From Verrucomicrobiota bacterium (GTDB lineage Bacteria; Verrucomicrobiota; Verrucomicrobiia; JABWAM01), in the NCBI GenBank assembly GCA_023269615.1, contig JAHFSY010000020.1, positions 3,873 through 67,872 on the forward strand: a stretch of 64,000 nucleotides of DNA, in the 5' to 3' direction. The notes under the pieces were generated by a model. It had not been told where the DNA came from, did not search any database, and was given only the letters and a program-made list of their open reading frames with translations. The translations under genes were made by a program, and so were the position numbers. Positions 28,569-37,712 of this stretch are shown here, piece after piece; within the stretch, counting starts at the first letter, position 1; each line of letters starts with the position of its first letter.

Positions 28569-29528
28569 TCATGTGCCGGGTGGAATGAGTTGTGTCTTTT
28601 CATCCTGCGTCACGTACACGGTTTGCGTGACCACGGTGCGCGAGGTGATGAGGCCGACGACGACGAGGATGGCGGCGCCGATCCATCCGACGACGGCGGT
28701 CTGGAGGGAGAGGGTGCTGAGGTGCGCGGTGGCTTCAGCAGCGGGGATTACCAGGCCGTAAACCACCCTGGCGTCACGGTTTGCGGTGGGTACCGCTGCG
28801 AATTGCACGTAGCACGCCCTGCCGTTCAGTGTGTAGGGAACCCAGGCGGAGGGGGCGTCTGAACTTTCCGCGCCCATCGTGTCGAATCGGAAATAGGTTT
28901 TCAAATCACGCTCCAGATCCGTTCGGGGAAGTGTTTCGGACGATGCGGCGAGGATTTTTCCATCGAGCGCGAGGAATGCCTCGCCTCCCGTGATTTCCTT
29001 GAGCGAGCCGAGCAGGGAAGGGGAGATGGCCTGGCCAACGACCACATAGATTTCCCCGATGGGGAATGCGCTCACTTGAAAAACCTTGTCGTCCTCGACA
29101 TGGACACCCGAATAGGGTTTGCCGGAATTGAGCGCGGCGAGGCAAGGATCCTTTGTCCAGTCGGCGGATTTGCCCTTGTTCTCGGGGTATTGTGCGGTGA
29201 CTTTCTGGCTGCTTTTGGTTCCGATCGCCACCAAATCCACGTCGAGCAATTTTTTCTTCTCCCCTGCCTGGTCCAGAGTTTCGGTATAATCGTTGCCCAT
29301 GACCAGCGTGATGAAGTTCGGCTCCTTCACGACCATTTGGGCCTGTCCCTTCGCGCGCGCCTGGCGCTCGTCCAGAAGCGCCTTGAAACTGTGATGCAGA
29401 TAAGAGCCTTCAAACTGGAGCAGCTTGACCGAGTAGCGCTGGATGACGCCATACTGGAGAGTGGCGATGATGGCGACGATCACGCCCGAACCAAACCAAG
29501 GTGATGCGAAGAATGCTTTCCAGTTCAT
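28569..29528 (-). CDS. membrane protein with two TM helices flanking a ~250-aa periplasmic sensor-like domain and no output domain
   Basis: N-terminal TM (VIVAIIATLQYGVI) and C-terminal TM (VVGWIGAAILVVVGLI). Lies 45 bp upstream of the STK gene. Confidence 0.55.
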   Translation of the reverse strand: MNWKAFFASPWFGSGVIVAIIATLQYGVIQRYSVKLLQFEGSYLHHSFKALLDERQARAKGQAQMVVKEPNFITLVMGNDYTETLDQAGEKKKLLDVDLVAIGTKSSQKVTAQYPENKGKSADWTKDPCLAALNSGKPYSGVHVEDDKVFQVSAFPIGEIYVVVGQAISPSLLGSLKEITGGEAFLALDGKILAASSETLPRTDLERDLKTYFRFDTMGAESSDAPSAWVPYTLNGRACYVQFAAVPTANRDARVVYGLVIPAAEATAHLSTLSLQTAVVGWIGAAILVVVGLITSRTVVTQTVYVTQDEKTQLIPPGT

Positions 29529-29560
29529 TGGGCGTGTGTCATTTGGGATGTCGCTGCAGG

Positions 29561-29588
29561 ATGTAGCTGCGTTCGCAAGAACGCGGCC
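29561..29588. repeat. REP-family-2 hairpin (tgtagctgcgttcgcaagaacgcggcc)
   Basis: Core gcgttcNcaagaacgc stem-loop shared with copies at 33492, 36544, 37738, 47211 and 53499. Confidence 0.5.
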
Positions 29589-29684
29589 CCGGAGGCCAAA
29601 CTCTTGCGAGTTCGGCTACAAGAAAAACGGATGCGGCGCTTCACAGAAGCGCCCCTACATCCCGAGCGTTGCGATGTGTTGTCA

Positions 29685-30656
29685 TTAGTAGCCACCTGCT
29701 CCGCCGTCGCTATCATACGAGGTGTTTTTGTAAGGCGTTCCATCCTTGCGGGGATGCTTCTTGTTGGCAAGCTCCGGGTCGTCGGTCAATGTCAGGCTCA
29801 TCTCGGGCGATTCCGCCTTCACCTCGACTTCCTGCTCAAAAAGTTTCGGGGCCCTTTCGTGCCAGCCTTTCATGATGTATTCCCCGGGCGCCACGTTCGG
29901 GATCTCGAACGCCCCCTCCGTGGTCGTGATTGCGTAATACGGGGTGTTCATCACGTAGATGTACGCCACCATGTCCTGGTGGATGTTGCAGAAAACCTCC
30001 ACGAGCCCGGGCTTGTCAAAGGTGTGAGTGGAGGACTTTGGCTTTTTGTAGAGCCCGAGGTCAAAGGGGTTGGTTTTGCTGACGGAGAAGACGTTGTGGA
30101 AAATGGCGTCGCTGTTGGGAAATTCCACGGTGCTGCCCACCGGCACAACCAGGAGCTTTGGAACGAAAGCCTTGTCCTTCTGCTCGAGCTTGAGGCCTTC
30201 GACTGGCTTTGGGGCAGCGAGGCCGGTTCGCGTGAGCCACACCAGGATGTTGCTGCGGCTGCGGCGGATGTCGCCCTCGCCGGCATTTTGCTCGATCACC
30301 ACCTTGCCCTTGAAGGCCACCCCGGCAACGGCGGGAGCGGCATTGGTCACGGAGGCCGGCGGTGCGTTGCTGGAGGCATCGGCGATTTCAGTCATTTTGA
30401 CTTTGACCGCGGCGATTTTTTCCTGCGCCTCGGCGTACTTTGCGTTGTCCTGCGGAACCTTCTGGTAGGCTTCCAGCGCTTCCCTCCATCGTTGCTGGGA
30501 AAATGTCGCTTCGCCAACCTGGAAGAACAGCAGCCCGACATCCGTGGGCGCGTTGGTTTGGGTGCGAACGGGCGCCTGTCCGCAAGATGTATGTACGAAA
30601 CAAGTTGCGCACAGAAATGGTATAACAAAGATGATGAATCGCTTGACGCCATTCAT
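29685..30656 (-). CDS. secreted cupredoxin-like (type-1 copper) protein with helical N-terminal region
   Basis: Signal peptide, then FHNVF ... FCNIHQDM giving a His...Cys-x2-His-x2-Met ligand pattern. Confidence 0.55.
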   Translation of the reverse strand: MNGVKRFIIFVIPFLCATCFVHTSCGQAPVRTQTNAPTDVGLLFFQVGEATFSQQRWREALEAYQKVPQDNAKYAEAQEKIAAVKVKMTEIADASSNAPPASVTNAAPAVAGVAFKGKVVIEQNAGEGDIRRSRSNILVWLTRTGLAAPKPVEGLKLEQKDKAFVPKLLVVPVGSTVEFPNSDAIFHNVFSVSKTNPFDLGLYKKPKSSTHTFDKPGLVEVFCNIHQDMVAYIYVMNTPYYAITTTEGAFEIPNVAPGEYIMKGWHERAPKLFEQEVEVKAESPEMSLTLTDDPELANKKHPRKDGTPYKNTSYDSDGGAGGY

Positions 30657-30730
30657 ATGGGCGCGTATGTGATCCCGTTTGCAACGCATGGCGCGAGCCT
30701 AGACCCCGCCCATGCCCTTTGCAAACAGAT

Positions 30731-32260
30731 ATGCTTTCACGATGTTATTCCGCAGCGGTGTATGGGCTCGACGCCTCGGTTGTCGAGGTCGAGGTGAACA
30801 CGGGGCAGGGGATTCCCCAGGTTGTCATCGTCGGCCTCCCCGACAAGGCCGTCACGGAATCGCGTGACCGCGTGAAGACCGCCCTCGAGAACAGCGGCTT
30901 CCGTCACGTCCGCACCCGGACCACGATCAATCTCGCGCCGGCGGACGTCAAGAAGGAGGGGCCTGTTTACGATTTGCCGATGGCGCTCGGCATTCTTGGC
31001 GCCACGGAACAGGCGGTGATGCCGCGGCTTTCCGAATTTCTCGTTGTGGGCGAACTTGCCTTGAACGGCAGCGTGCGTCCCACGCGCGGCGTGCTTTCGA
31101 TGGCGATGCTCGCGAAGGAGCGGGGCAAGGCGGGCGTTCTCGTGCCGCTGGCCAACGCCGCCGAGGCTGCCATGATCCAGGGGCTCGAAGTGTACGGCAT
31201 TTCCAATCTTCGCGAGTGCGCCGATTTTTTGTCGGGCCGTCATTCGATTCAGCCCTTTACGTGCAACATCGTGGAAATTTTTGCGAAACATGCCCGATAC
31301 GACGTGGACTTTGCGGACGTGAAAGGGCAGACCCACGCCAAGCGCGCCCTCGAAGTGGCGGTGGCGGGCGGTCACAATATTCTGCTCGTCGGTCCGCCGG
31401 GCAGCGGCAAAAGCATGCTGTCCAAGCGAATTCCCACCATCTCGCCTTCGATGACGCTCGACGAGGCGCTGGAAACGACGCGCATTCATAGTGTTGCGGG
31501 AAATCTTCTCCCCAGCCAGGCCATCGTCGCGGCGCGTCCCTTCCGGTCGCCGCATCACACGATTTCCGACGTGGCGCTCACGGGTGGAACGAGCGACCTG
31601 CGCCCTGGCGAGGTGAGCCTTTCGCATCATGGAGTGTTGTTTCTCGACGAGCTTCCCGAATTCAAGCGGGCCACGCTGGAGGCGATGAGGCAGCCGATGG
31701 AGGATGGCGTGGTGCACGTGGCTCGCGCGACGGGCTCGGTCACATTTCCATGCCGCTGCATGATGGTGGCCTCGATGAACCCGTGTCCGTGCGGGTATTA
31801 CGGCGATCCGAAACGCGAATGCCGGTGCGGCCCGGCGCAAATTCAGAAATATCGCGCGAAAATATCCGGCCCCCTCCTCGACCGCATTGACCTGCACGTG
31901 GAGGTTCCCGCGGTGCAGTACGCGGACATGGCGAGGAGGGAAACCGCCGAGCCTTCCGAAAAAATCCTGCAGCGCGTCCTGCTCGCGCGTGCCGTGCAGT
32001 ACCGGCGTTTCAAGAAGGAGGGGCGCATCAACGCGCACATGACGCCGAGGGGGATTCGAGCCCATTGCGTGCTGGATACGGAATGCGAGCACTTCCTGAA
32101 AACGGCGATGAGCGAAATGAATTTCAGCGCGAGGGCGTATGACCGCATCCTGAAAGTGTCGCGGACGATTGCCGACCTGGATGGGAAGCCCGAGATCGAG
32201 TCAAACCATCTCGGTGAAGCGCTGCAATATCGGGCGCTGGACCGAAGGCTGTGGACGTAG
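30731..32260 (+). CDS. comM: YifB/ComM-family Mg-chelatase-like AAA+ ATPase
   Basis: Lon-like N-domain, Walker A GPPGSGKSM, Mg-chelatase C-terminal region. Confidence 0.85.
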   Translation: MLSRCYSAAVYGLDASVVEVEVNTGQGIPQVVIVGLPDKAVTESRDRVKTALENSGFRHVRTRTTINLAPADVKKEGPVYDLPMALGILGATEQAVMPRLSEFLVVGELALNGSVRPTRGVLSMAMLAKERGKAGVLVPLANAAEAAMIQGLEVYGISNLRECADFLSGRHSIQPFTCNIVEIFAKHARYDVDFADVKGQTHAKRALEVAVAGGHNILLVGPPGSGKSMLSKRIPTISPSMTLDEALETTRIHSVAGNLLPSQAIVAARPFRSPHHTISDVALTGGTSDLRPGEVSLSHHGVLFLDELPEFKRATLEAMRQPMEDGVVHVARATGSVTFPCRCMMVASMNPCPCGYYGDPKRECRCGPAQIQKYRAKISGPLLDRIDLHVEVPAVQYADMARRETAEPSEKILQRVLLARAVQYRRFKKEGRINAHMTPRGIRAHCVLDTECEHFLKTAMSEMNFSARAYDRILKVSRTIADLDGKPEIESNHLGEALQYRALDRRLWT

Positions 32261-32278
32261 ATCCAGGCTGTTTGTTTT

Positions 32279-32348
32279 GTAGGAGCCGCTGTTAGCGGCG
32301 ACCGGACGTGATGGATCGCGGAGATCGCCGCTGACGGCGGTTCCTACA
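32279..32348. repeat. REP-family-1 inverted pair
   Basis: gtaggagccgctgttagcggcga ... tcgccgctgacggcggttcctaca. Confidence 0.7.
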
Positions 32349-32399
32349 TTTTAAAACAAGAGGTTGCCTCGGAAAGCGGCGCCTCGTATAGAACCGTGC

Positions 32400-33485
32400 G
32401 TGAATATTCCCCTTTCCCGTGTTTACATTGACGATGCCATCAAGCAGCGGATTCTCGCCGCGGTGGATTCCCAGAATTACATCCTCGGCAAGGAGTGCGA
32501 TGCCTTCGAGAAGGAGCTTGCCGCGCACACGGGCGTGAAGCATTGCGTGCTTTCCAGCTCATGGACCGCCGCCGTCCACCTTCTCCTGCTTGCGCTCAAG
32601 ATCAAGCCCGGCGACGAGATCCTTGTTCCTTCGCACACGGCATTTCCCAGCATTGAGCCGATCATTCATGTGGGTGCAAAGCCGATCTTCATGGATGTGG
32701 ATGAGAGCTACACGATGGACGTGAACCAGATCGAGGCGCACCTCACGCCGCGCACGGTGGGCATCATGCCCGTGCACCTGTACGGCCATCCCGCCGACAT
32801 TGTCCGCGTGAAGGCCATCGCCCAGAAGCGCGGGTTGTTCTGGATCGAGGATTGCGCGCAGGCGCATGGCGCGACGTGGAATGGCGGCAAGGTCGGGAGC
32901 CACGGAACTTTCGGCGCATTCTCATTTTTCCCCTCGAAAAACCTCACGGTGTTCGGCGACGGGGGCTGCATCACGACGAACGATCCGGCGATCGCGGACC
33001 GCATCCGCATGCTGCGCAACCACGGGCGGAAGGACAAATACATCCACGAACTGGTTGGCTTCAATCTGCGCTTCAACGAAATCCAGGCGGCTGTGGGGCG
33101 CGAGCAGTTGAAGCATCTGGACGATTTCAACGCGAAGCGGCGCCAGGCCGTTGCATGGTACCGCGAACGTTTGCGTGATTTTCATCCTGTGAAACTTCCC
33201 ATCGTGCGGGAGGGGTGCGAGCCGGTGTATCACATGTTCGTGGTGCAGGTGGAAAATCGCGAAGGATTGGCGAAACATCTCAAGGAAAAGGGGATCGGGA
33301 CCGGCGTTCATTATCCCGTGCCGAACCACAAACAGCCCGCGATCACCGCGTTGTACAGCGACATCCCCAAGCTGCCAGTGACCGAGAGAATCGTGGACCG
33401 CATCCTGTCATTGCCCATCTTCCCCGCGTTGAAGGAGGAGGAAGTGGATCGCGTGTGCCAGGAGATCAAATCGTTTTACTCTTGA
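32400..33485 (+). CDS. DegT/DnrJ/EryC1/StrS-family sugar aminotransferase
   Basis: IPLSRVYI start, PLP-lysine region SFFPSKNLTVFGDGG, HGATWNG. GTG start at 32400. Confidence 0.85.
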   Translation: MNIPLSRVYIDDAIKQRILAAVDSQNYILGKECDAFEKELAAHTGVKHCVLSSSWTAAVHLLLLALKIKPGDEILVPSHTAFPSIEPIIHVGAKPIFMDVDESYTMDVNQIEAHLTPRTVGIMPVHLYGHPADIVRVKAIAQKRGLFWIEDCAQAHGATWNGGKVGSHGTFGAFSFFPSKNLTVFGDGGCITTNDPAIADRIRMLRNHGRKDKYIHELVGFNLRFNEIQAAVGREQLKHLDDFNAKRRQAVAWYRERLRDFHPVKLPIVREGCEPVYHMFVVQVENREGLAKHLKEKGIGTGVHYPVPNHKQPAITALYSDIPKLPVTERIVDRILSLPIFPALKEEEVDRVCQEIKSFYS

Positions 33486-33491
33486 TTTCCG

Positions 33492-33520
33492 GATGTAGCC
33501 GCGTTTGCCAGAACGCGGAC
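33492..33520. repeat. REP-family-2 hairpin (gatgtagccgcgtttgccagaacgcggac)
   Basis: See the family-2 core. Confidence 0.5.
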
Positions 33521-33560
33521 TCCGACTTTCACCATCTGAAATCGAATTGGATTATGCGGC

Positions 33561-35153
33561 CTATGGAATGCGTTTGATCTTCAAATCAAAGATTTTGCTT
33601 TCATGCAGCTTGATTTCGATGGGCGTTACGGAGTCTTGAAATTTATTGAAGCGCGTGTGGAGGACATACTTTCCACCCTTTGCCAGCAGGAATTTGACCT
33701 GGCCGTTTTCATCGGGTCGTAACCCGCCGCCCACATCCGCAGGTCCGCCATCCAGGTAGCGTCCGGGTTGTTTCGGTTTTCCGTCCTTGGTTGATTCCTC
33801 GTCCAGAATGACACAGTTCACCCGAGGCTGATGCATCAAGTGTTCGAGCTTCGGAAATCCAATCGACTTTCCTTCGACGCCCGTGATCTGGACGGTGACC
33901 CACGTATCCTTTTCGACAGCTTTGGATTCGAGGGTTTGTTCCTTGTCGATGAGAAGCTGATTTTCCGCCTGAACATCATAGCGCTGGGAGTAAAGGTTCA
34001 ACTGGTAGCGCCCGGCCTGGGGCAGGACAAAATCGTAGGCATCCTTCCCGTCGAATTCCCCGGTCTGGCAAAAATTGTTTTCATCGGTGAGGCACGCCGA
34101 GACATCATATGATTTGCTGATGGTGATCCCGGTGATTTTCAGGTGGAACTTGACGGCGGAGGGCTTGTCTGCGAAGGGCTCCAACTTGAAGTCTTGCTGC
34201 TGGAGAGGCTCACTCACCTTGACGGTGGCGGACTGCTCCCGGTATTTTTTCTGGAACGCGTAGCACCCGATCTTCAACTCATAAGCGCCCGGCTTGTCAA
34301 AAAAAAGAGCGTACCGGGATTGTCCCATCCCGTTGAAATAAATTTCCAAGCCATTGACGGCAATATTCTCGGTGACGGGTTTGCCATCCGAGGCGTTCAG
34401 AAAAGCCCCATAGACACAGTAGGGCTTCGGTTTTGCAACAAGTTTGATCTCCAGATCATTTTCTGCCACGACAAAAGTCAGTGTGGGTAGTGCCAAATCC
34501 TGGGAGCCTGTCAGCTCGATGCGGTACGCCCGGTTTTTTTGGACATAGACATGAAATTGTCCTGTTTCGTCAGCCCGCAACTGATTCACAACCAGCCCTT
34601 CGCCCGGAGTCGTTCCCGTGGACTCGTATACTCTGATCTGACCGCTCCAGAAGTTTTTGTTTTTATCGAGATAATCCCGAACTTCAGCGGGAAAAAGCTC
34701 CTTAAAACTGGTGACCCGCTTTCCACTCTCGTCCGCGAAGCTTCCCATGACGAGCACCGGGCCCAGGTCTACTTCCACCCTTTGCGGGCCTTGTTTCTCC
34801 AGTGCATCAACTGACAGCTTCACGCTTTTCTCCTCCACCCAAAGTGATGCAACGACTCGATCCTTGTATTTCTTAAGCTGTGCGTCATGGGAGTGGAAAA
34901 AATCTGTGAGATCAATGACGCCCCGAGCGTCGGAATTCAAGTTGACACGCGTGATGGTTGAGCCATCTACCACCAGCGACACGGCGACAACACATTGGCT
35001 GATGGGAGTCTGGCGATTTTTCTCGATCAATTGAAGTTGATACGGCCGCTTGTCCGAACCCGGTTGCGGCGCGACCGTGGTTTGTCCAGACAGCATCACA
35101 ACCATGCAACACAGCAACGCCAGTGCCAAAAGAGTTCGTGAAAAACGGAGCAT
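33561..35153 (-). CDS. large secreted protein with repeated beta-sandwich-like modules, lower-GC
   Basis: Signal peptide MLRFSRTLLALALLCCMVVMLSG. GC about 42-50%. Confidence 0.55.
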   Translation of the reverse strand: MLRFSRTLLALALLCCMVVMLSGQTTVAPQPGSDKRPYQLQLIEKNRQTPISQCVVAVSLVVDGSTITRVNLNSDARGVIDLTDFFHSHDAQLKKYKDRVVASLWVEEKSVKLSVDALEKQGPQRVEVDLGPVLVMGSFADESGKRVTSFKELFPAEVRDYLDKNKNFWSGQIRVYESTGTTPGEGLVVNQLRADETGQFHVYVQKNRAYRIELTGSQDLALPTLTFVVAENDLEIKLVAKPKPYCVYGAFLNASDGKPVTENIAVNGLEIYFNGMGQSRYALFFDKPGAYELKIGCYAFQKKYREQSATVKVSEPLQQQDFKLEPFADKPSAVKFHLKITGITISKSYDVSACLTDENNFCQTGEFDGKDAYDFVLPQAGRYQLNLYSQRYDVQAENQLLIDKEQTLESKAVEKDTWVTVQITGVEGKSIGFPKLEHLMHQPRVNCVILDEESTKDGKPKQPGRYLDGGPADVGGGLRPDENGQVKFLLAKGGKYVLHTRFNKFQDSVTPIEIKLHESKIFDLKIKRIP

Positions 35154-35285
35154 GGGATGACTATCGTTCTGTCGTGCATGGAAATCAAGCAGTCGGGCGC
35201 TTCACATTGTCGAAGCGGGATTGGGCATTAAGAAGCCGATAACGCGCGATTGATCCGGCCCGCTAATAGGACTATCTTGCATCGC

Positions 35286-35462
35286 ATGGATCCAAGCCTG
35301 AAACAACGCGAAGAGGAGAAGCGCGAACGCGCCAGCGATCCCGTGAAACGCTGGAAGCAGATTCAAAGCGCCATCACCTGGGCGGAGGCTAACATGAAAC
35401 CCGAATTTCGTCGGAATGTTCCGTGCGGTTTTGCAGGTGTGAGCCGGCGCTTGGAAAAGTGA
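35286..35462 (+). CDS. possible small basic protein (58 aa)
   Basis: ATG ORF in a 395-bp spacer. No other support. Confidence 0.2.
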   Translation: MDPSLKQREEEKRERASDPVKRWKQIQSAITWAEANMKPEFRRNVPCGFAGVSRRLEK

Positions 35463-35547
35463 TGCCACATTCCGTTGGGACGCTCGCCAATCCGCCATTG
35501 ACAACCCGGGGTGGCTCTACAATTGTACGGCTCCATTTCCTCCTTTT

Positions 35548-36369
35548 ATGAGACCTTCCAAAGTTCTTGCCAAAATCCGTTCCGGACAAGTTGCCCGCAT
35601 TGCCTGCATGGGGCATTTCCTGCCTTTCTTTGTCAAACTTGCGGCGCAGAATAACTACGATGGGATCTGGGTGGACGCCGAGCACCGGACTTGGGATCCC
35701 CGTGAAACCCAGGCGCTCATCACGTTTCATCATCTTTTTAACATTGATTGCATGTGGCGCGCTTCCACTCTTGAGAAAACAAGTCTTTACCGGCTGCTCG
35801 AAGATGGCGCGGCGGGGTTGATCATTCCGCATGTCTCAACTCCCGCCAAGGCGCAGCAGCTGGTCGAGGCGATGAAGTTTCCGCCGCTCGGCGATCGTGG
35901 GCTTGACGGCGCGGGGCTCGATGCCGATTTCATGGCGGCGCCCAATCCCACATACCGCGAGGACGCCAATCGTGAAACATGTCTTGTGGTGCAGATCGAA
36001 ACCTTGCAGGCCGTCGAGAATGCGGTGGCCATTGCGGCGGTGCCGGGCGTGGACGTGCTGATGCTTGGACCGGCCGATCTCTCGATCCGCCTTGGCTGCA
36101 AGAAATCGCCGATCGAAGACCCGCTCTTTCTGGCCGCGCAAAAGCGTGTGGCGGATGCGGCGAAACGTCATGGCAAGGCGTGGGGACGCCCGTGCTTCAG
36201 TCCCGAAGACGCAAAGAATTTGGTGGCGGCTGGCGGGCAGTTTGTGATTTTCGGAAGTGATTTCGGCGGAGTGTACACACACCTGCGCGATTCGTCTGTT
36301 CATCTGGATGCAGCCATCGCGGGCAAGTCTGCCGCGTCGGGTGGTGGCGGTGCAGCTCCGATCCCCTGA
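35548..36369 (+). CDS. HpcH/HpaI-family aldolase (2-keto-3-deoxy-acid aldolase / citrate-lyase-beta-like)
   Basis: GIWVDAEHR ... PHV ... DVLMLGPADLS. Confidence 0.8.
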   Translation: MRPSKVLAKIRSGQVARIACMGHFLPFFVKLAAQNNYDGIWVDAEHRTWDPRETQALITFHHLFNIDCMWRASTLEKTSLYRLLEDGAAGLIIPHVSTPAKAQQLVEAMKFPPLGDRGLDGAGLDADFMAAPNPTYREDANRETCLVVQIETLQAVENAVAIAAVPGVDVLMLGPADLSIRLGCKKSPIEDPLFLAAQKRVADAAKRHGKAWGRPCFSPEDAKNLVAAGGQFVIFGSDFGGVYTHLRDSSVHLDAAIAGKSAASGGGGAAPIP

Positions 36370-36373
36370 GCAG

Positions 36374-36525
36374 ATTTTTGACAGGATTTACAGGATTTAC
36401 GGGATTAAGAAAAACGACATGCCTTCCGCACCAGATGTCGGAACGCCCGCGTTCCGACATCTGGTGCGCAAGACGGGGTTCAGGGTCTGAAATCCTGCAA
36501 AATCCTGTCAATCCTGTCAAAAATC
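36374..36525. repeat. nested hairpin element: imperfect outer inverted repeat built of caggattt units around a perfect 18-bp stem-loop
   Basis: Left arm ttttgacaggatttacaggatttacgggatt, right arm aatcctgcaaaatcctgtcaatcctgtcaaaaa. Inner stem gcaccagatgtcggaacg ccg cgttccgacatctggtgc at 36428-36467. Confidence 0.55.
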
Positions 36526-36543
36526 CGATGGGTTAAAGGGAAT

Positions 36544-36570
36544 CCGCGTTCTGGCGAACGCGGCTACAGG
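36544..36570. repeat. REP-family-2 hairpin (ccgcgttctggcgaacgcggctaca)
   Basis: See the family-2 core. Confidence 0.5.
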
Positions 36571-36610
36571 ATTGCCAAGACATTGATCGAAGGGCTACAA
36601 CAGCCCTTCC

Positions 36611-37333
36611 ATGCCGCATCTTTCACTCGTCATTCCCGTTTACAACGAAGAGGACAACCTGGAGCGGTTGCACTCGGAAATCTCCGAGGCGATGAAGGGC
36701 GTTTCGGAGGATTACGAGGTGATGGTGACCGATGATGCGAGCACCGACCGGAGCTGGGAGATTCTTGGGACGATCATCGCGCGTGACCCGCGCTGGAGGG
36801 CGCAGCGTTTCGTGGAGAATTGCGGGGAGACGGCGGCTTCGGCGGCTGGGATGAAGGCGGCAAGAGGAAAGATCATCTTTACCCTCGATGCTGATTTGCA
36901 GAACGACCCGCGCGACATCCCGAAGTTTCTCGAGGCGTTGAAGGATGCCGATTGCGTTTGCGGCTCGAGGGTGCACGAGCGGGCGGACAACTGGGTGCGG
37001 CGCATGTCATCGCGCATCGCCAACGGGGTGCGCAATCAATTGAGCGATGAAAACATCACGGACGCCGGCTGCACCTACCGGGCGTTCAAGAAGGAATGCC
37101 TGGCCGAGGTGAAATTTTTTCGGGGTGCGCACCGGTTCCTGCCCACGCTGTTTCGGATGGACGGGTTCAAGGTGGTGGAGGTGCCGATCACGCCGCGCGA
37201 GCGTTTCGCGGGGGAGTCGAAATACGGCGTATGGAACCGTCTTTTCAAATCCTTCACCGACCTGCTTGCCGTGCGCTGGATGAAGAGCCGCCAGTTGCGG
37301 TATCGTGTGGGCGAGCGAAAAGGTGACGGATGA
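36611..37333 (+). CDS. GT2 polyprenol-phosphate glycosyltransferase (DPM1/ArnC-like)
   Basis: LSLVIPVYNEEDNL ... DDASTD ... LDADLQ DXD motif. Confidence 0.8.
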   Translation: MPHLSLVIPVYNEEDNLERLHSEISEAMKGVSEDYEVMVTDDASTDRSWEILGTIIARDPRWRAQRFVENCGETAASAAGMKAARGKIIFTLDADLQNDPRDIPKFLEALKDADCVCGSRVHERADNWVRRMSSRIANGVRNQLSDENITDAGCTYRAFKKECLAEVKFFRGAHRFLPTLFRMDGFKVVEVPITPRERFAGESKYGVWNRLFKSFTDLLAVRWMKSRQLRYRVGERKGDG

Positions 37334-37361
37334 AAACAACCAACAAAATCAAGAGCGTATC

Positions 37362-37712
37362 ATGAATGATCCAGGATTTCTGCAGCCGTTTCTGGGTGCC
37401 CGTCTGCCGTGGCTTTACCATGAGTCAGGCTACTGGACTATTTTCGGTGTCTTCGGCAATGCGCTTTTCAGCTCCCGATTCCTCCTACAGTGGCTCCAGT
37501 CCGAGCGTCACAAGCGCCTGATTGTGCCGCCGATCTTCTGGCATTTGAGCTTTTGGGGAAGCGTGGTGTGTCTCGTTTATGCACTTCACATCGACAAACT
37601 GCCGGTCATCCTTGGTTATGTCTTCCTGCCTTTTCTCTACGCGCGCAACCTGAGATTGCTCCGGCGCAGCAATGACCACACCGTGACCGGCCACGATGAA
37701 AATAAAAAATGA
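37362..37712 (+). CDS. small membrane protein with lipid-A-biosynthesis N-terminal (LAB_N-like) domain
   Basis: WTIFGVFGNALFSSRFLLQW and WHLSFWGSVVCLVYAL. LAB_N-like genes commonly pair with GT2 polyprenol-P glycosyltransferases. Confidence 0.6.
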   Translation: MNDPGFLQPFLGARLPWLYHESGYWTIFGVFGNALFSSRFLLQWLQSERHKRLIVPPIFWHLSFWGSVVCLVYALHIDKLPVILGYVFLPFLYARNLRLLRRSNDHTVTGHDENKK

